DNA of 32,000 nucleotides from Aliivibrio fischeri ES114 (GCF_000011805.1 NC_006840.2), one strand, 5' to 3'; positions 7,914 to 17,513 are shown, counted from the stretch's first letter. Notes: generated by a model from the sequence alone, not told the origin. Numbers and translations: made by a program.

Positions 7914-9950
7914 ATGATTTATCCTTTCACAAAACAAGACTCAACTGTTGACCACTATTTTTCACATGCTATTGCTGATCCATACCGTTGGCTTGAAGAT
8001 GACAGAAGTGAAGAAACAGAAGCGTGGGTGAATAAACAAAATGACGTCACTTTCGATTACCTTTCTCACATTGATTTTCGTGACGATATCCGAGATTTAA
8101 TCGCAAAAGGTCAGGATTACCAAAAAACGTCACAACCATTTAAGCGTGGTGAATACACCTATTTTTATCAAAATGATGGCTTACAAAATCAGAGTGTTCT
8201 GTATCGCTCAAAAGAAGGGAAGGACGTTGAGGTTTTTCTTGATCCAAATACGTTCAGCGAAGAGGGGACGACTTCTTTAAGTGTCGTTAGTTTTTCAAAA
8301 GATGCTTCATTAGTCGCGTATTCGATTTCAGAAGCGGGCAGTGATTGGCGCAAAATCATCGTATTAGATGCTGAAACCAAAGAGCAAATTGAAGCGCCAA
8401 TTGTCGATGCTAAATTTACTGGTATTTCATGGTTAGGTTCAAAAGGCTTTTACTACTCAAGCTATGATAAGCCAGAAGGCAGTGAATTATCAGCAAGAAC
8501 AGAGCAACATAAACTCTATTTTCATGAGATAGGCAAACCACAAGCCGACGATGTTTTGGTGTTTGGTGGAAGTGAAGAAGAAAAACATCGGTATGTCAGT
8601 GGCTATACAACGGAAGATGATGCGTATTTAGTGATCTCAGCATCTACATCAACATCGGGTAATAAACTGTTTATCGAACCATTAAACAGAGACAGTTCAT
8701 ATCGATTAACGGTGCTTGATCATACGGATTCAGATACCTATGTGATTGAGAATGAAGACACACACCTGCTGATGTTTACGAACCTAAATGCACCTAATGG
8801 CAAAGTGGTATCTTATGATGTTGTTACCGGTGAGTGGACTGACATTATCCCTGAACAACCACAGCCATTAGATATAAGCGTTGGTGGCGGTACCTTGTTT
8901 GCGACTTATATGGTTGATGTACTGAGCCAAGTGAAGCAATACGATTTTTCAGGCAATCTATTACGCGAAATTGAACTACCGGGTGAAGGCCAAGCAACGG
9001 GGTTCTCAGGTAAAAGAGAACAAACCGATCTATTCTTTACCTTTACTAACTACGTTACACCACCAACGATTTATCAATTTGATGTAAAAACCGGCGAGAC
9101 AGAACTGTATTTAGCGTCTGCTTCCCCTTTTGACTCGGAGAAGTTTGAATCGAAACAAGTGTTTTATACATCAAAAGACGGTACGCAAATTCCAATGCTT
9201 ATCTCTTATCGTAAAGGCATTGAGCTTGATGGCAGTAACCCAACGATTCTATATGGATATGGTGGTTTTAATGTCAGCTTAACACCAAACTTTAGTGGCG
9301 TAATGGCCAGTTGGTTAGAGCTTGGCGGTGTGTATGCAATTCCCAATATTCGCGGTGGTGGTGAATATGGAAAAGAGTGGCATAAGGCAGGAACACAGCA
9401 ACAAAAACAAAATGTATTTGATGACTTTATTGCTGCTGCCGAATTTTTAATCGCAGAAAAATATACCGACTCATCACGTTTGGCAATTCGTGGTGGTTCA
9501 AACGGTGGATTACTGGTTGGTGCGTGCATGACTCAGCGACCAGAACTATTTAAAGTTGCTCTGCCAGCGGTTGGTGTTCTGGATATGCTTCGTTATCACA
9601 CCTTTACTTCTGGTGAAGGTTGGGCGTATGACTACGGTACTTCAGAGCAAAGTGAAGAGATGTTTAACTATCTATTAAACTATTCACCAGTGCATAACGT
9701 GAAAGAGGGCGTTGAATACCCTGCAACATTGGTAACAACCGCTGATCATGATGATCGTGTTGTTCCTGCTCACTCTTATAAGTTTATTTCTGAGCTGCAA
9801 GCCAAGCAATCAGGCGATAACCCTGTGTTAATCCGCATCGATGTTAATGCCGGTCATGGTGCAGGTATGCCAATATCGAAATCAATGGATTTAATGGCGG
9901 ATGTTTACGCATTTACCTTAAGTAATATGAAGGTGAATCCGTTTGAGTAA
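7914..9950 (+). CDS. Prolyl oligopeptidase (S9A family serine endopeptidase)
   Basis: The 678-aa protein has the N-terminal DPYRWLED motif and a beta-propeller-sized middle region. The C-terminal alpha/beta-hydrolase part carries the nucleophile motif GGSNGGLL, the acid region TADHDDRVVP and the histidine region NAGHGAG. Confidence 0.92.
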   Translation: MIYPFTKQDSTVDHYFSHAIADPYRWLEDDRSEETEAWVNKQNDVTFDYLSHIDFRDDIRDLIAKGQDYQKTSQPFKRGEYTYFYQNDGLQNQSVLYRSKEGKDVEVFLDPNTFSEEGTTSLSVVSFSKDASLVAYSISEAGSDWRKIIVLDAETKEQIEAPIVDAKFTGISWLGSKGFYYSSYDKPEGSELSARTEQHKLYFHEIGKPQADDVLVFGGSEEEKHRYVSGYTTEDDAYLVISASTSTSGNKLFIEPLNRDSSYRLTVLDHTDSDTYVIENEDTHLLMFTNLNAPNGKVVSYDVVTGEWTDIIPEQPQPLDISVGGGTLFATYMVDVLSQVKQYDFSGNLLREIELPGEGQATGFSGKREQTDLFFTFTNYVTPPTIYQFDVKTGETELYLASASPFDSEKFESKQVFYTSKDGTQIPMLISYRKGIELDGSNPTILYGYGGFNVSLTPNFSGVMASWLELGGVYAIPNIRGGGEYGKEWHKAGTQQQKQNVFDDFIAAAEFLIAEKYTDSSRLAIRGGSNGGLLVGACMTQRPELFKVALPAVGVLDMLRYHTFTSGEGWAYDYGTSEQSEEMFNYLLNYSPVHNVKEGVEYPATLVTTADHDDRVVPAHSYKFISELQAKQSGDNPVLIRIDVNAGHGAGMPISKSMDLMADVYAFTLSNMKVNPFE

Positions 9951-10015
9951 ATGAGTCAATTTGGTTTTGTTTATCTTTCAATAAATTAACAATATAGCGT
10001 TTATCAATAATGTAG

Positions 10016-10044
10016 AGCCACATGCAGAATTGTGTGTGGCTTTT
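10016..10044 (+). terminator. Probable rho-independent terminator after the prolyl oligopeptidase gene
   Basis: AGCCACA (10016-10022) pairs with TGTGGCT (10035-10041) and is followed by TTTT. The stem is short and the loop is 12 nt. Confidence 0.5.
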
Positions 10045-10259
10045 ATGTGTTATTTAAATAATCTTTAAATTCAAATGGTTATATTGATGCTATTAACAAT
10101 GTTTTATTACAGAAAAATAAAGCTGGAGTTACATAACAGTAATTAAAACTATGATGTGTTGTCGATCGCATTGATGTTTATTTTTTGTTGGTAATGTTAT
10201 TTAATTGATAAAAAATACATCCGTACTATATAAATTACCCCAATATATACGGAGATATT

Positions 10260-12803
10260 ATGAATTTTCCAAAAACGTTGTTGGCTAGTGTAATCGCCTT
10301 GTCATTGTCAGCTTGTGGTGGAGATTCTTCATCAGATAGTGGCACAACCACACCAAATGAAAGTAACGTTGCTCATGCCGGTAAAGCAGCAGATGGTTAC
10401 TTACAATACGCAAATGTCTGCTTAGATTTAAATAACAATAAATCCTGTGATGATAATGAACCTTCAGCAACTACAGATGAAGACGGTTCATTTACTCTTG
10501 ATGTCACTCAAAAACAATTGGAGCTTCATCCTTTACTTGTTGAAGTTATTGCTAATCAAACCATTGATAGTGATGCACCAGGAGTCGTACTCACTAAAGG
10601 TTATTCATTGACGGCTCCTGCGGGATCGGATTTTGTCAGTCCGGTGAGTACATTCGTTCAAAATCAAATTGAAAAGGGAAGTACGCCTGAAGAGGCGGTT
10701 GAGATTGTTCAAAGTCAACTGGGAACAGAACTCGATATCACAAAAGACTACATTGCAGAAAAGCAGAACAATGCATTAAGTGATGCCGAAAAAGCAGAGT
10801 TTGAAAAACTGCATAAAGTCGCTCAAGTTACGGCGACTATTTTAGCGGATAAATTAGATGAGCTAAAAAATTCGGCCGCACAAAATGGCATTTCAGACAA
10901 AGATTTAATGAATGTTATTACAGAAGAAGTAAATAATGCAGTGACTAGCATTGTCTCTAGTGTTCAAGCTGCCGGTGATGGATTCGATGTCAGCAATGTA
11001 GCTAGTGCTGTTAAAGATGGAAGTATTAATATCACCACTGAAAATTTGCAAGACAAAGTGGATGTAAATAATGCCGCTCTTGGTTCGAAAAAAGCAAGCA
11101 TTGCAGAGTTAGCAGGGAATGAAGGCTTACTTTGGTTAGGCAGCAACAGCGGTATTGCACCTCGCTTAGAATACGGGGTTATTAGTCAGGACAGTGATAA
11201 CAATGTAGATGAAGAAACATACTTCTCTAATGCCGATTTCGATGGTTTTGAACTGCAAGTTGCAGACTCGACGGTTAACCTTCAACGAGCGCTGACTGCG
11301 GATGGCTGGGTTACTGCTGACGACACCATTGTTACTATTGAATCAAGACCAGATGGAGCTGAGACACTAGTCACGGCAATTCGAGATTTATCTCTTAAAG
11401 CTAACATGAAAAAGGTGGATGTATCTGGCCTGAATGTTAAAAAGATTTTAGCGAAAACCGCTGATGATGGTGTTTGGACAAGCCTTTATTCAGAAACTCT
11501 CGATTTCCCTCAAGGTACTTACGCATATAATTTAAAAATGCAGCCAGAGGTGGAATCTTATTACACCTTTAATGAAGGTAATTGGTGTACTGAAGAGCAA
11601 AAAGCAGAGCGTGGCGGAATGTGTAACTCGGTTGCTGTTGAAACTGGAGTTGGTCCGGGAACGCCTGCCACATCACTTGATCAAATATTTAAAGACGTAG
11701 CGGATGGTGACGTAAACGCAACGGCAATTATGACTGGTATATCAAATGGTGGGGTTGTAGTTGAAATCGTTGCTGGTGGTGTCGTTAACTTTTATACATG
11801 GGACTACATGAACCCCGTATCAGAGGTTATCGCTGTAGGTCAATGGAGCGACATTAATCATCACGGCAAAGTATTAAGAAAAGTCATTGCGCCTGAAGCG
11901 TTAATGAATCGAGACGATATTACATGGAACAACTTTAATCGAGATGATGGTAGTTTGTATCTAACTGTCGTTGATGGTTTTGTGCGTGTTGCAGGTGAAA
12001 TATCGCTTCAAATTGAAGAAGAGTACGTGTTTGGTGCAAATACACTTCAGTTCCTTAAAGACAGCTTACCGACAGCACTTACGTTTAAAGCGTGTTTAGC
12101 AAGTCTAGAGGATGCAAGTTATGTTCTAGAGTCGGGTCATACGATTACTTATGGTGCACAAAAGTCCGTTGCTTGGGTTAATGAAGGTGCGTTAACTGAG
12201 TATATTGAAACGATGGAATACATGGGAAATAACTTCTCATGGGCGAGCGCGTATACCAACATTTATGATATGCCTGCTTGGATTGCAGCTACAGATGGGA
12301 GTTTAGATAAAACATTATTTAAATCTCATGATGCTGATTTCAACTTACTAGCAATGGAAGAGCTATATCACGATGTCGATTACCATTATGGTGAAGAGGG
12401 GTTAAATCCTGACGGTTCTTTTGGTTGGTGGGGCGGTTTAAAAGCAACATTACCAGCGAAGAAATCAAGCTCATCTAAGCTTCTTAATTACGTTTATGCA
12501 GACTCGTACGAGAAAGTATCACTCGTTTCATTTAAGAACTTAGATTTGGTTGGAGGCTCTTTTAACGAGCTTGAGCGTAACGTCATTAATTACTCTGAAA
12601 CCTATGAAGGCAAAGAATCTGTTACTGTTGAAGCAGGTACATTTGATGCGTGCCGAGTAACCGAGAAAGTCTTTGTTGGTGATGTGGTCGATGTAAATAC
12701 GCGTTGGTACATTAACCGTGGTTTCATCAAACAAGAAATGGCAGCACCATCATGGGCACCAGTTTATAACCGTGAAGCTTTGTACATTATAGGGCTAGAT
12801 TAA
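10260..12803 (+). CDS. Large secreted lipoprotein of unknown function
   Basis: The 847-aa protein has a signal peptide with lipobox (ALSLSAC-GG) and a Ser/Thr-rich linker. Next comes a motif common at the N-terminus of marine gammaproteobacterial lipoproteins (GKAADGYLQYANVCLDLNNNKSCDDNEPSATTDEDGSFTL). I could find no catalytic motif. A good SD (ACGGAGA) precedes the ATG. Confidence 0.75.
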   Translation: MNFPKTLLASVIALSLSACGGDSSSDSGTTTPNESNVAHAGKAADGYLQYANVCLDLNNNKSCDDNEPSATTDEDGSFTLDVTQKQLELHPLLVEVIANQTIDSDAPGVVLTKGYSLTAPAGSDFVSPVSTFVQNQIEKGSTPEEAVEIVQSQLGTELDITKDYIAEKQNNALSDAEKAEFEKLHKVAQVTATILADKLDELKNSAAQNGISDKDLMNVITEEVNNAVTSIVSSVQAAGDGFDVSNVASAVKDGSINITTENLQDKVDVNNAALGSKKASIAELAGNEGLLWLGSNSGIAPRLEYGVISQDSDNNVDEETYFSNADFDGFELQVADSTVNLQRALTADGWVTADDTIVTIESRPDGAETLVTAIRDLSLKANMKKVDVSGLNVKKILAKTADDGVWTSLYSETLDFPQGTYAYNLKMQPEVESYYTFNEGNWCTEEQKAERGGMCNSVAVETGVGPGTPATSLDQIFKDVADGDVNATAIMTGISNGGVVVEIVAGGVVNFYTWDYMNPVSEVIAVGQWSDINHHGKVLRKVIAPEALMNRDDITWNNFNRDDGSLYLTVVDGFVRVAGEISLQIEEEYVFGANTLQFLKDSLPTALTFKACLASLEDASYVLESGHTITYGAQKSVAWVNEGALTEYIETMEYMGNNFSWASAYTNIYDMPAWIAATDGSLDKTLFKSHDADFNLLAMEELYHDVDYHYGEEGLNPDGSFGWWGGLKATLPAKKSSSSKLLNYVYADSYEKVSLVSFKNLDLVGGSFNELERNVINYSETYEGKESVTVEAGTFDACRVTEKVFVGDVVDVNTRWYINRGFIKQEMAAPSWAPVYNREALYIIGLD

Positions 12804-12835
12804 ACTGCTAATTCGTAATAACGATATTTAACGTT

Positions 12836-12864
12836 AAACGCTCCTAATTTAGGAGCGTTTTTTA
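12836..12864. terminator. Rho-independent terminator between the convergent lipoprotein and peptide permease genes
   Basis: Stem AAACGCTCCT (12836-12845) pairs with AGGAGCGTTT (12851-12860). The loop is 5 nt and a T-run extends to 12864. Confidence 0.85.
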
Positions 12865-12889
12865 TTATTTGCTGATTAGCTAAAAATGC

Positions 12890-14377
12890 TTATGGTTGTT
12901 CAACCAATTCAGCATCTTCTGGTTGTGAGCTTGTCATCATCTTATTTAATTTAGGTGCAGTAAAAGCCATTACAATAGCGACCGCTAAAGTAACAAAACC
13001 AATGTTTTGGAATAGCTCAGTATAAACAGGCAGTGTATCCAGAGGAGCGGTTAAATGCTCTGGCGTTGCACTGAATGTTGCTACATAACCACCAATGATG
13101 AAAGAAGCAGCTTGAGTCAAAAACCATGCGCCCATCGTAAAGCCCATCAAACGTTGTGGAACCAAACTCGCCACCATCGCAAGGCCAAGACCACTGATCA
13201 TTAACTCGCCTAAACTTTGGAATAAGTACACCAATATCATCCACCAAACCGAAACCATACCGGCTTGGTCAGCAAACCAGTTACCTGCGGCTGCAACAGA
13301 TAAGAAACCAAAGGCACACATAAACATGCCAACAGTGAATTTACCTGGCATAGATAAGTCTTTGTTTTGGTTTCCATAGTAAGTATATAGGTAAGCCAAT
13401 ATAGGGCTACAGAAAATCACCCAGAATGGATTTAATGCTTGTAGACTAACAGGGTTAATATCAATACCAAACAACTCAGAGTGAACGTTATTGATAGCAA
13501 AAAAGTTAAGTGATGTTGGCATCTGAGCATATAACACGTAGAAAATGATCGCTTGCAGCATAAGAATGAAAGCCACAATCATTTTGTTGCGTTGTTCACC
13601 TGTTTCTTTAAACGTTTCTTTTAAGAAGAAGCCAACCACACCAACACCGATTAGACCGAGTGCTAAGTTTGCCATCATGATGTTTTGCAATAGCCATGCA
13701 CACACTAGAGTAGATGCAACGGTACCAATTAAAACGATAAGCGCTTTGGTTTTGTTGAGAGGCAGAGCATCAGGTTCAGAGCCAATTCCTTGCACTGTAC
13801 TGCGCAATGAAAAGTAGCTAAATAAACTAGCGATAAGACCTAAACCACAGATGACAAATGCGTATTCATAACCATAATTATTGGCAATAACAGGGCTTAT
13901 AGAAAGGGAAACTAAAGAGCCAATATTAATGGACATATAATAAAGGGTGAATGCACCATCTAAGCGTGAATCGCCTTTCTCATAACACTTAGCTAATAGG
14001 CTGGATGGATTTGCTTTAAATAAACCATTACCAACGGCGATAGCACCAAGGGCTAAATAGATAAAGTTAGGATTTAAAATGGAGAAGCCCATTAAAAAAT
14101 AACCCAAAGCAAGAACAACGGCACCGAACACCATGGTGCGTTTCGTTCCTAGAACATAATCTCCGACGTAGCCACCAACAGAGACAAGCCCATACACTAA
14201 GGCCGCAAATGCACCAAAGGTAACGAAAGAGTCTTGCATGCTAAAGCCAAGCTTATCTACAAAGTAGACGGCGAGGATCCCTTGAAGGCCGTAGTAACCA
14301 AACCGCTCCCATAATTCAATGAAAAATATCATCTTAAATGGCTTTGGTTGGTTTAATATACTTACTTTATTATCCAT
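12890..14377 (-). CDS. dtpB: Proton-dependent oligopeptide transporter (POT/PTR2 family), DtpB/DtpA-type di-/tripeptide permease
   Basis: The PTR2 signatures are present: [42 protein letters not shown] and [13 protein letters not shown]. By eye it is collinear over its full length with E. coli DtpB as I recall it ([26 protein letters not shown]). The paralogue choice between dtpB and dtpA is uncertain. Confidence 0.9.
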   Translation of the reverse strand: MDNKVSILNQPKPFKMIFFIELWERFGYYGLQGILAVYFVDKLGFSMQDSFVTFGAFAALVYGLVSVGGYVGDYVLGTKRTMVFGAVVLALGYFLMGFSILNPNFIYLALGAIAVGNGLFKANPSSLLAKCYEKGDSRLDGAFTLYYMSINIGSLVSLSISPVIANNYGYEYAFVICGLGLIASLFSYFSLRSTVQGIGSEPDALPLNKTKALIVLIGTVASTLVCAWLLQNIMMANLALGLIGVGVVGFFLKETFKETGEQRNKMIVAFILMLQAIIFYVLYAQMPTSLNFFAINNVHSELFGIDINPVSLQALNPFWVIFCSPILAYLYTYYGNQNKDLSMPGKFTVGMFMCAFGFLSVAAAGNWFADQAGMVSVWWMILVYLFQSLGELMISGLGLAMVASLVPQRLMGFTMGAWFLTQAASFIIGGYVATFSATPEHLTAPLDTLPVYTELFQNIGFVTLAVAIVMAFTAPKLNKMMTSSQPEDAELVEQP

Positions 14378-14474
14378 ATTAGTTATTTCACCTAGCTGTT
14401 TGTTGTTATGTGCGCATTAAAAACTAATTATGAAAATTAAAACGTGATATTTGTTTGTTTTGTAATCTAGCCTC

Positions 14475-14490
14475 CGTGATCAAGCTCGCA
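14475..14490. promoter_or_regulatory. CRP-like half-site pair upstream of the peptide permease gene
   Basis: CGTGA-TCAAGC-TCGCA matches the TGTGA-N6-TCACA core at 8 of 10 positions. It lies about 100 bp upstream of the permease start codon (14377, minus strand). It directly abuts the left copy of the 18-bp direct repeat. Confidence 0.3.
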
Positions 14491-14508
14491 TTAGATTAAA
14501 TGCTCTAA
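14491..14508 (+). repeat. 18-bp imperfect direct repeat, left copy (TTAGATTAAATGCTCTAA)
   Basis: It matches 21317-21334 at 16 of 18 positions in the same orientation. The ends are internally palindromic (TTAGA...TCTAA). A 10-nt partial copy GCATTAGATT recurs at 14634-14643. Confidence 0.5.
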
Positions 14509-14758
14509 TAATTAATCATTAGTAAAACCGAGTTGAGCAACGTAATTACGTGTCTACTAGGTTGCATAAGTTATTGATAGGTTGAAATTAAATATCATTA
14601 ATGTAACTAGATGGGATTTCAGAGCAATAAACAGCATTAGATTTGCTTATCTAAAGTCATTATTTTTTGATGCGTATAAAGCGTGAGGGAGTGTTTGGGA
14701 TAGGGGGGGTTATATATCCTATAATTGACTGATTAATGAAATAACAATTAGGTCATAA

Positions 14759-15137
14759 ATGATGAATATTAAGCCAATTAGAACGGAAGATGATTATAAA
14801 GCAGCGATGGCTCGTATTAGCGAACTTACTAGCAGCGATCCTGATGCACTGCTTGATAATGAGTTTGATGAATTAGAAGTTTTAACCGCTTTAGCAGAAG
14901 CATACGAAAATGAGTATTATAAAAATGAAGCGCCAGATCCAGTGATAGGTCATTAAACTCAGAATGGAGCAGCTTGGCTAAGTGATAGTGATTTACACCA
15001 ATACTAGGATAATCTAGTCGAGTGACTGAAATTCTGAAAGAAAGAGACGATTTTCTCTCAGCATGATTGGAGACTTAAATAGTAAGTTAAACATATCACT
15101 TGAGAGTCTGATTGGTGAATATCAACTTGTTAAATAA
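14759..15137 (+). pseudogene. higA: Frameshifted HigA-type (COG5499-like) HTH antitoxin
   Basis: The first 63 codons (MMNIKPIRTEDDYKAAMARISEL...LEVLTALAEAYENEYY...PDPV) fit the N-terminal domain of this antitoxin family. The ORF stops at TAA 14954-14956. The expected continuation is readable in other frames: IKLRMEQLG, LSDSDL, SSRVTEILK and finally FSLSMIGDLNSKLNISLESLIGEYQLVK, ending at TAA 15135-15137. This implies at least three frame changes plus in-frame stops. Confidence 0.75.
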
Positions 15138-15232
15138 TAATCTAACTTGTTTGTGCCCTAAAACGTGTTTACAAAAATAATGTATTGAATCAGAACTAGC
15201 CCCAATAGCCTTATTTTTACTAATCGTTAAAG

Positions 15233-15259
15233 GATGCATAAATGAGCATTTTATGCATC
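15233..15259. repeat. Perfect 10-bp inverted repeat (hairpin) in non-coding DNA
   Basis: GATGCATAAA (15233-15242) pairs with TTTATGCATC (15250-15259) around a 7-nt loop TGAGCAT. No flanking T-run is present, so it is not an obvious terminator. Confidence 0.6.
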
Positions 15260-15527
15260 GAAAATCTTATAACATTCGAGAAAATCCATACATATCAATC
15301 TACTGCGAAATGTTAAAAGTGTTGTATAGCCCTCGTAAACAAAGATGCATTCTTTCTCCGGTAGTATTTTGAGTATTACTCACGTATTCGAAAAAATTCG
15401 ATTTACAACAATGATTTAGTGGTGGTATCTTGGAGTGTGAATTTAGCAGCCTAGAACGTTATCGCGCTGCTATTGAATAAGCTGTTATGTGTATCGAGAA
15501 AGAGTTCAAATGAGCAAGATAAGAACA

Positions 15528-15598
15528 ACTGTAAGTCATCTTGATGATTATTCTGGTATGAAATAGAAGGCAAAAAATTCATACTACTGTGAGTCATC
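15528..15598 (+). repeat. Pair of 13-nt direct repeats ACTGT(A/G)AGTCATC spaced 58 bp apart
   Basis: ACTGTAAGTCATC lies at 15528-15540 and ACTGTGAGTCATC at 15586-15598 (12 of 13 identical). Both sit in the region without a convincing gene, about 180-250 bp upstream of the three-gene operon. Confidence 0.5.
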
Positions 15599-15776
15599 CA
15601 CTGGGTTATCACGGCTTACCTTGATATTAAATGGTCTAAACACATAACAAGCACAAGCAATCTGACGGTCAAAGCTGTAACGCCTTTTGTTCCAAAATCA
15701 GCACCAGTTTTGCTTGCCGTTGATGCGGGAGTTAATTGTTAATTATCCCAGAATATCGTGATAGGAATTAGAAGCC

Positions 15777-17513
15777 GTGGATGAGCTAAAAAGTGAATTG
15801 ACCAAAGCTTACAAGGATGACTGTTTTTTTGAGGTCATCCAAGAAATTTATTATCAAGACAGAAAAGGTGAAAAGCTTCTGCTTAGCACTTTGGCTGAAT
15901 TGCATAATGAAGGGAAATTAAACCTCGTAGAATTATTCTACAACTTTAAAAATACCACTGAAAATTATGACTTTTTTTCAGTAAGGCGAGTTTTTGAAGA
16001 AGTTTTACCTAATATAAATGCTCAGGTAAAAGACGTTGCCGAATGTGTGAAACATCTTACGCTAGAAGCAGGCCAAGATATGGCCGCATATATGCTTTTG
16101 TCTCCATTTAAAGAATTTTGTAAAAAAGACACTGTTAGAACCAAAGCTCTCTTTGATATCGCTTTAACCAATATTGATGAAGACTTTGACCATTTATCTA
16201 CGGCGATTGAAGCAGGAGCGAGTATTGATGAAATCACTTACGTCAATCAAGCAATTGAACTGCTTACTCATGAAAATGAGCTAATACTACAAAGAGCCAT
16301 ATTTGCATTAGGTAGAATTAACTACCAAGATAAAATGCTCTTGGAGCCAGTTGCAATAGCTATCATTAAATCATCAGTGTCTTCACCAAGTGATGTAATT
16401 TTAGCAACATCAATGCGAGCGTTGTTTGCAGTTGTTTCTCATTGTGAAGATTTAGAGAGTTTGTTCTTAGATTTTTTAAACACGCATTCGGAACATTTAG
16501 GTGACCGTTATATTCATGCTGCTGCTGAAATACTATTCTTTGATGAGAAAAAACTAAGAGGTAATGTTGAACCTAAGTTGTTGAATATATGCTGTTATAC
16601 CAAACCTGAAAATAAAGGTACTATTGATAAAATCGATTACTCATTAAAGCGCATATTAGAACAAGGTAGCTTTGATGACTGTGTTGTATTTTTAGAGCGC
16701 TTCTTTGAATTAAACGGATATCAATTGTCTGTGAAGCATTTCGATAGCTTTGTTCGAGAGCTGCATAATCACCGAGATACTCACCTGTCCTCATTGCTTA
16801 CCCGATGGTTGTTGTCAAAAAAAATAAAGCTAGGTAAATATGCTTCTGATATTCTTCGGGACTTAGATAAAGGTATTTCTATTGGTTTTGACCGTACTCT
16901 CGTAGCCAAACAAAGCAAAGGCGTACATCTATTTTTGGCGAGAAAAGCTTGTGGGTGGTTTTTCAATCAGCCCAAAACAGCAATCAGTTTAATTGAGTCG
17001 TTAATTCTTGATTCCCCTGAAGATGAATTAAATGATATTCAGCAACTCATATTTCACCCTCTTTGTATAAGCTACCCAGGAAGTATTCGTGAACATCTGG
17101 AAGCATTGAAAGAGTCAAAAGAAGAAACGGTTAAACAAATTGCATCTGGTGTGTTATCTGAATATGACGAATATCAAGTATCGGTAAAAGCAGCTTTTAA
17201 AATAAATGAATTAAGCCCGAGTGAACAAGATAGGCATACATATTGGCGGCATCATAATAAGTTAATGAGCGAATCCATGAAACAGGCTAGAAAAAAGTCG
17301 ATTCTTACCTCTTTGTTTGCTGGTAATGAGTCGGTATTACTCTATGGAAATAAGTCGATTCACTATATACATCATGGTGAACAAAAGACTCGTCAGGAAA
17401 TTCCACTTAGTGAAATAAGTACATCATTTGAATTTGCATCAATGCACAACCTTGACCCGCATGGTTTAGAAAATATGATCTGGCAGTTTAAAGCGGAGGG
17501 CTGTACGTCATGA
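15777..17513 (+). CDS. Hypothetical all-helical HEAT/ARM-like repeat protein, first gene of the three-gene operon
   Basis: The GTG start at 15777 is preceded by AGGA (15763-15766). The stop TGA 17511-17513 overlaps the next ATG (ATGA). The 578-aa protein is leucine-rich with HEAT-like stretches (ELILQRAIFALGRINYQD, SMRALFAVVSHCEDLESLF). I recognise no P-loop, nuclease, helicase or RT motif. Confidence 0.7.
   Translation: MDELKSELTKAYKDDCFFEVIQEIYYQDRKGEKLLLSTLAELHNEGKLNLVELFYNFKNTTENYDFFSVRRVFEEVLPNINAQVKDVAECVKHLTLEAGQDMAAYMLLSPFKEFCKKDTVRTKALFDIALTNIDEDFDHLSTAIEAGASIDEITYVNQAIELLTHENELILQRAIFALGRINYQDKMLLEPVAIAIIKSSVSSPSDVILATSMRALFAVVSHCEDLESLFLDFLNTHSEHLGDRYIHAAAEILFFDEKKLRGNVEPKLLNICCYTKPENKGTIDKIDYSLKRILEQGSFDDCVVFLERFFELNGYQLSVKHFDSFVRELHNHRDTHLSSLLTRWLLSKKIKLGKYASDILRDLDKGISIGFDRTLVAKQSKGVHLFLARKACGWFFNQPKTAISLIESLILDSPEDELNDIQQLIFHPLCISYPGSIREHLEALKESKEETVKQIASGVLSEYDEYQVSVKAAFKINELSPSEQDRHTYWRHHNKLMSESMKQARKKSILTSLFAGNESVLLYGNKSIHYIHHGEQKTRQEIPLSEISTSFEFASMHNLDPHGLENMIWQFKAEGCTS

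Noticed and set aside
14759-14956. The 65-aa ORF as an intact small protein
   Set aside because: It is the N-terminal fragment of a longer HigA-type antitoxin. The HTH half continues out of frame to 15137, so I annotated it as a pseudogene.
15242-15316. A 24-codon ORF (MSILCIENLITFEKIHTYQSTAKC) with a well-spaced AGGA, overlapping the perfect hairpin
   Set aside because: It is too short to support from sequence alone and I know of no conservation or motif evidence. A similar 22-codon ORF at 21188-21256 is rejected for the same reason.
15646-15745. A possible integron attC / Vibrio-repeat-like site (ATAACAAGCA ... GCGGGAGTTAA)
   Set aside because: Only the extreme ends resemble attC termini. 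The internal complementary blocks (CAAGCAA/TTGCTTG and ACGG/CCGT) occur in an order that cannot form one coherent hairpin. No integrase gene or neighbouring cassettes are visible. I kept it only as a note inside the finding on the 640-bp gap.
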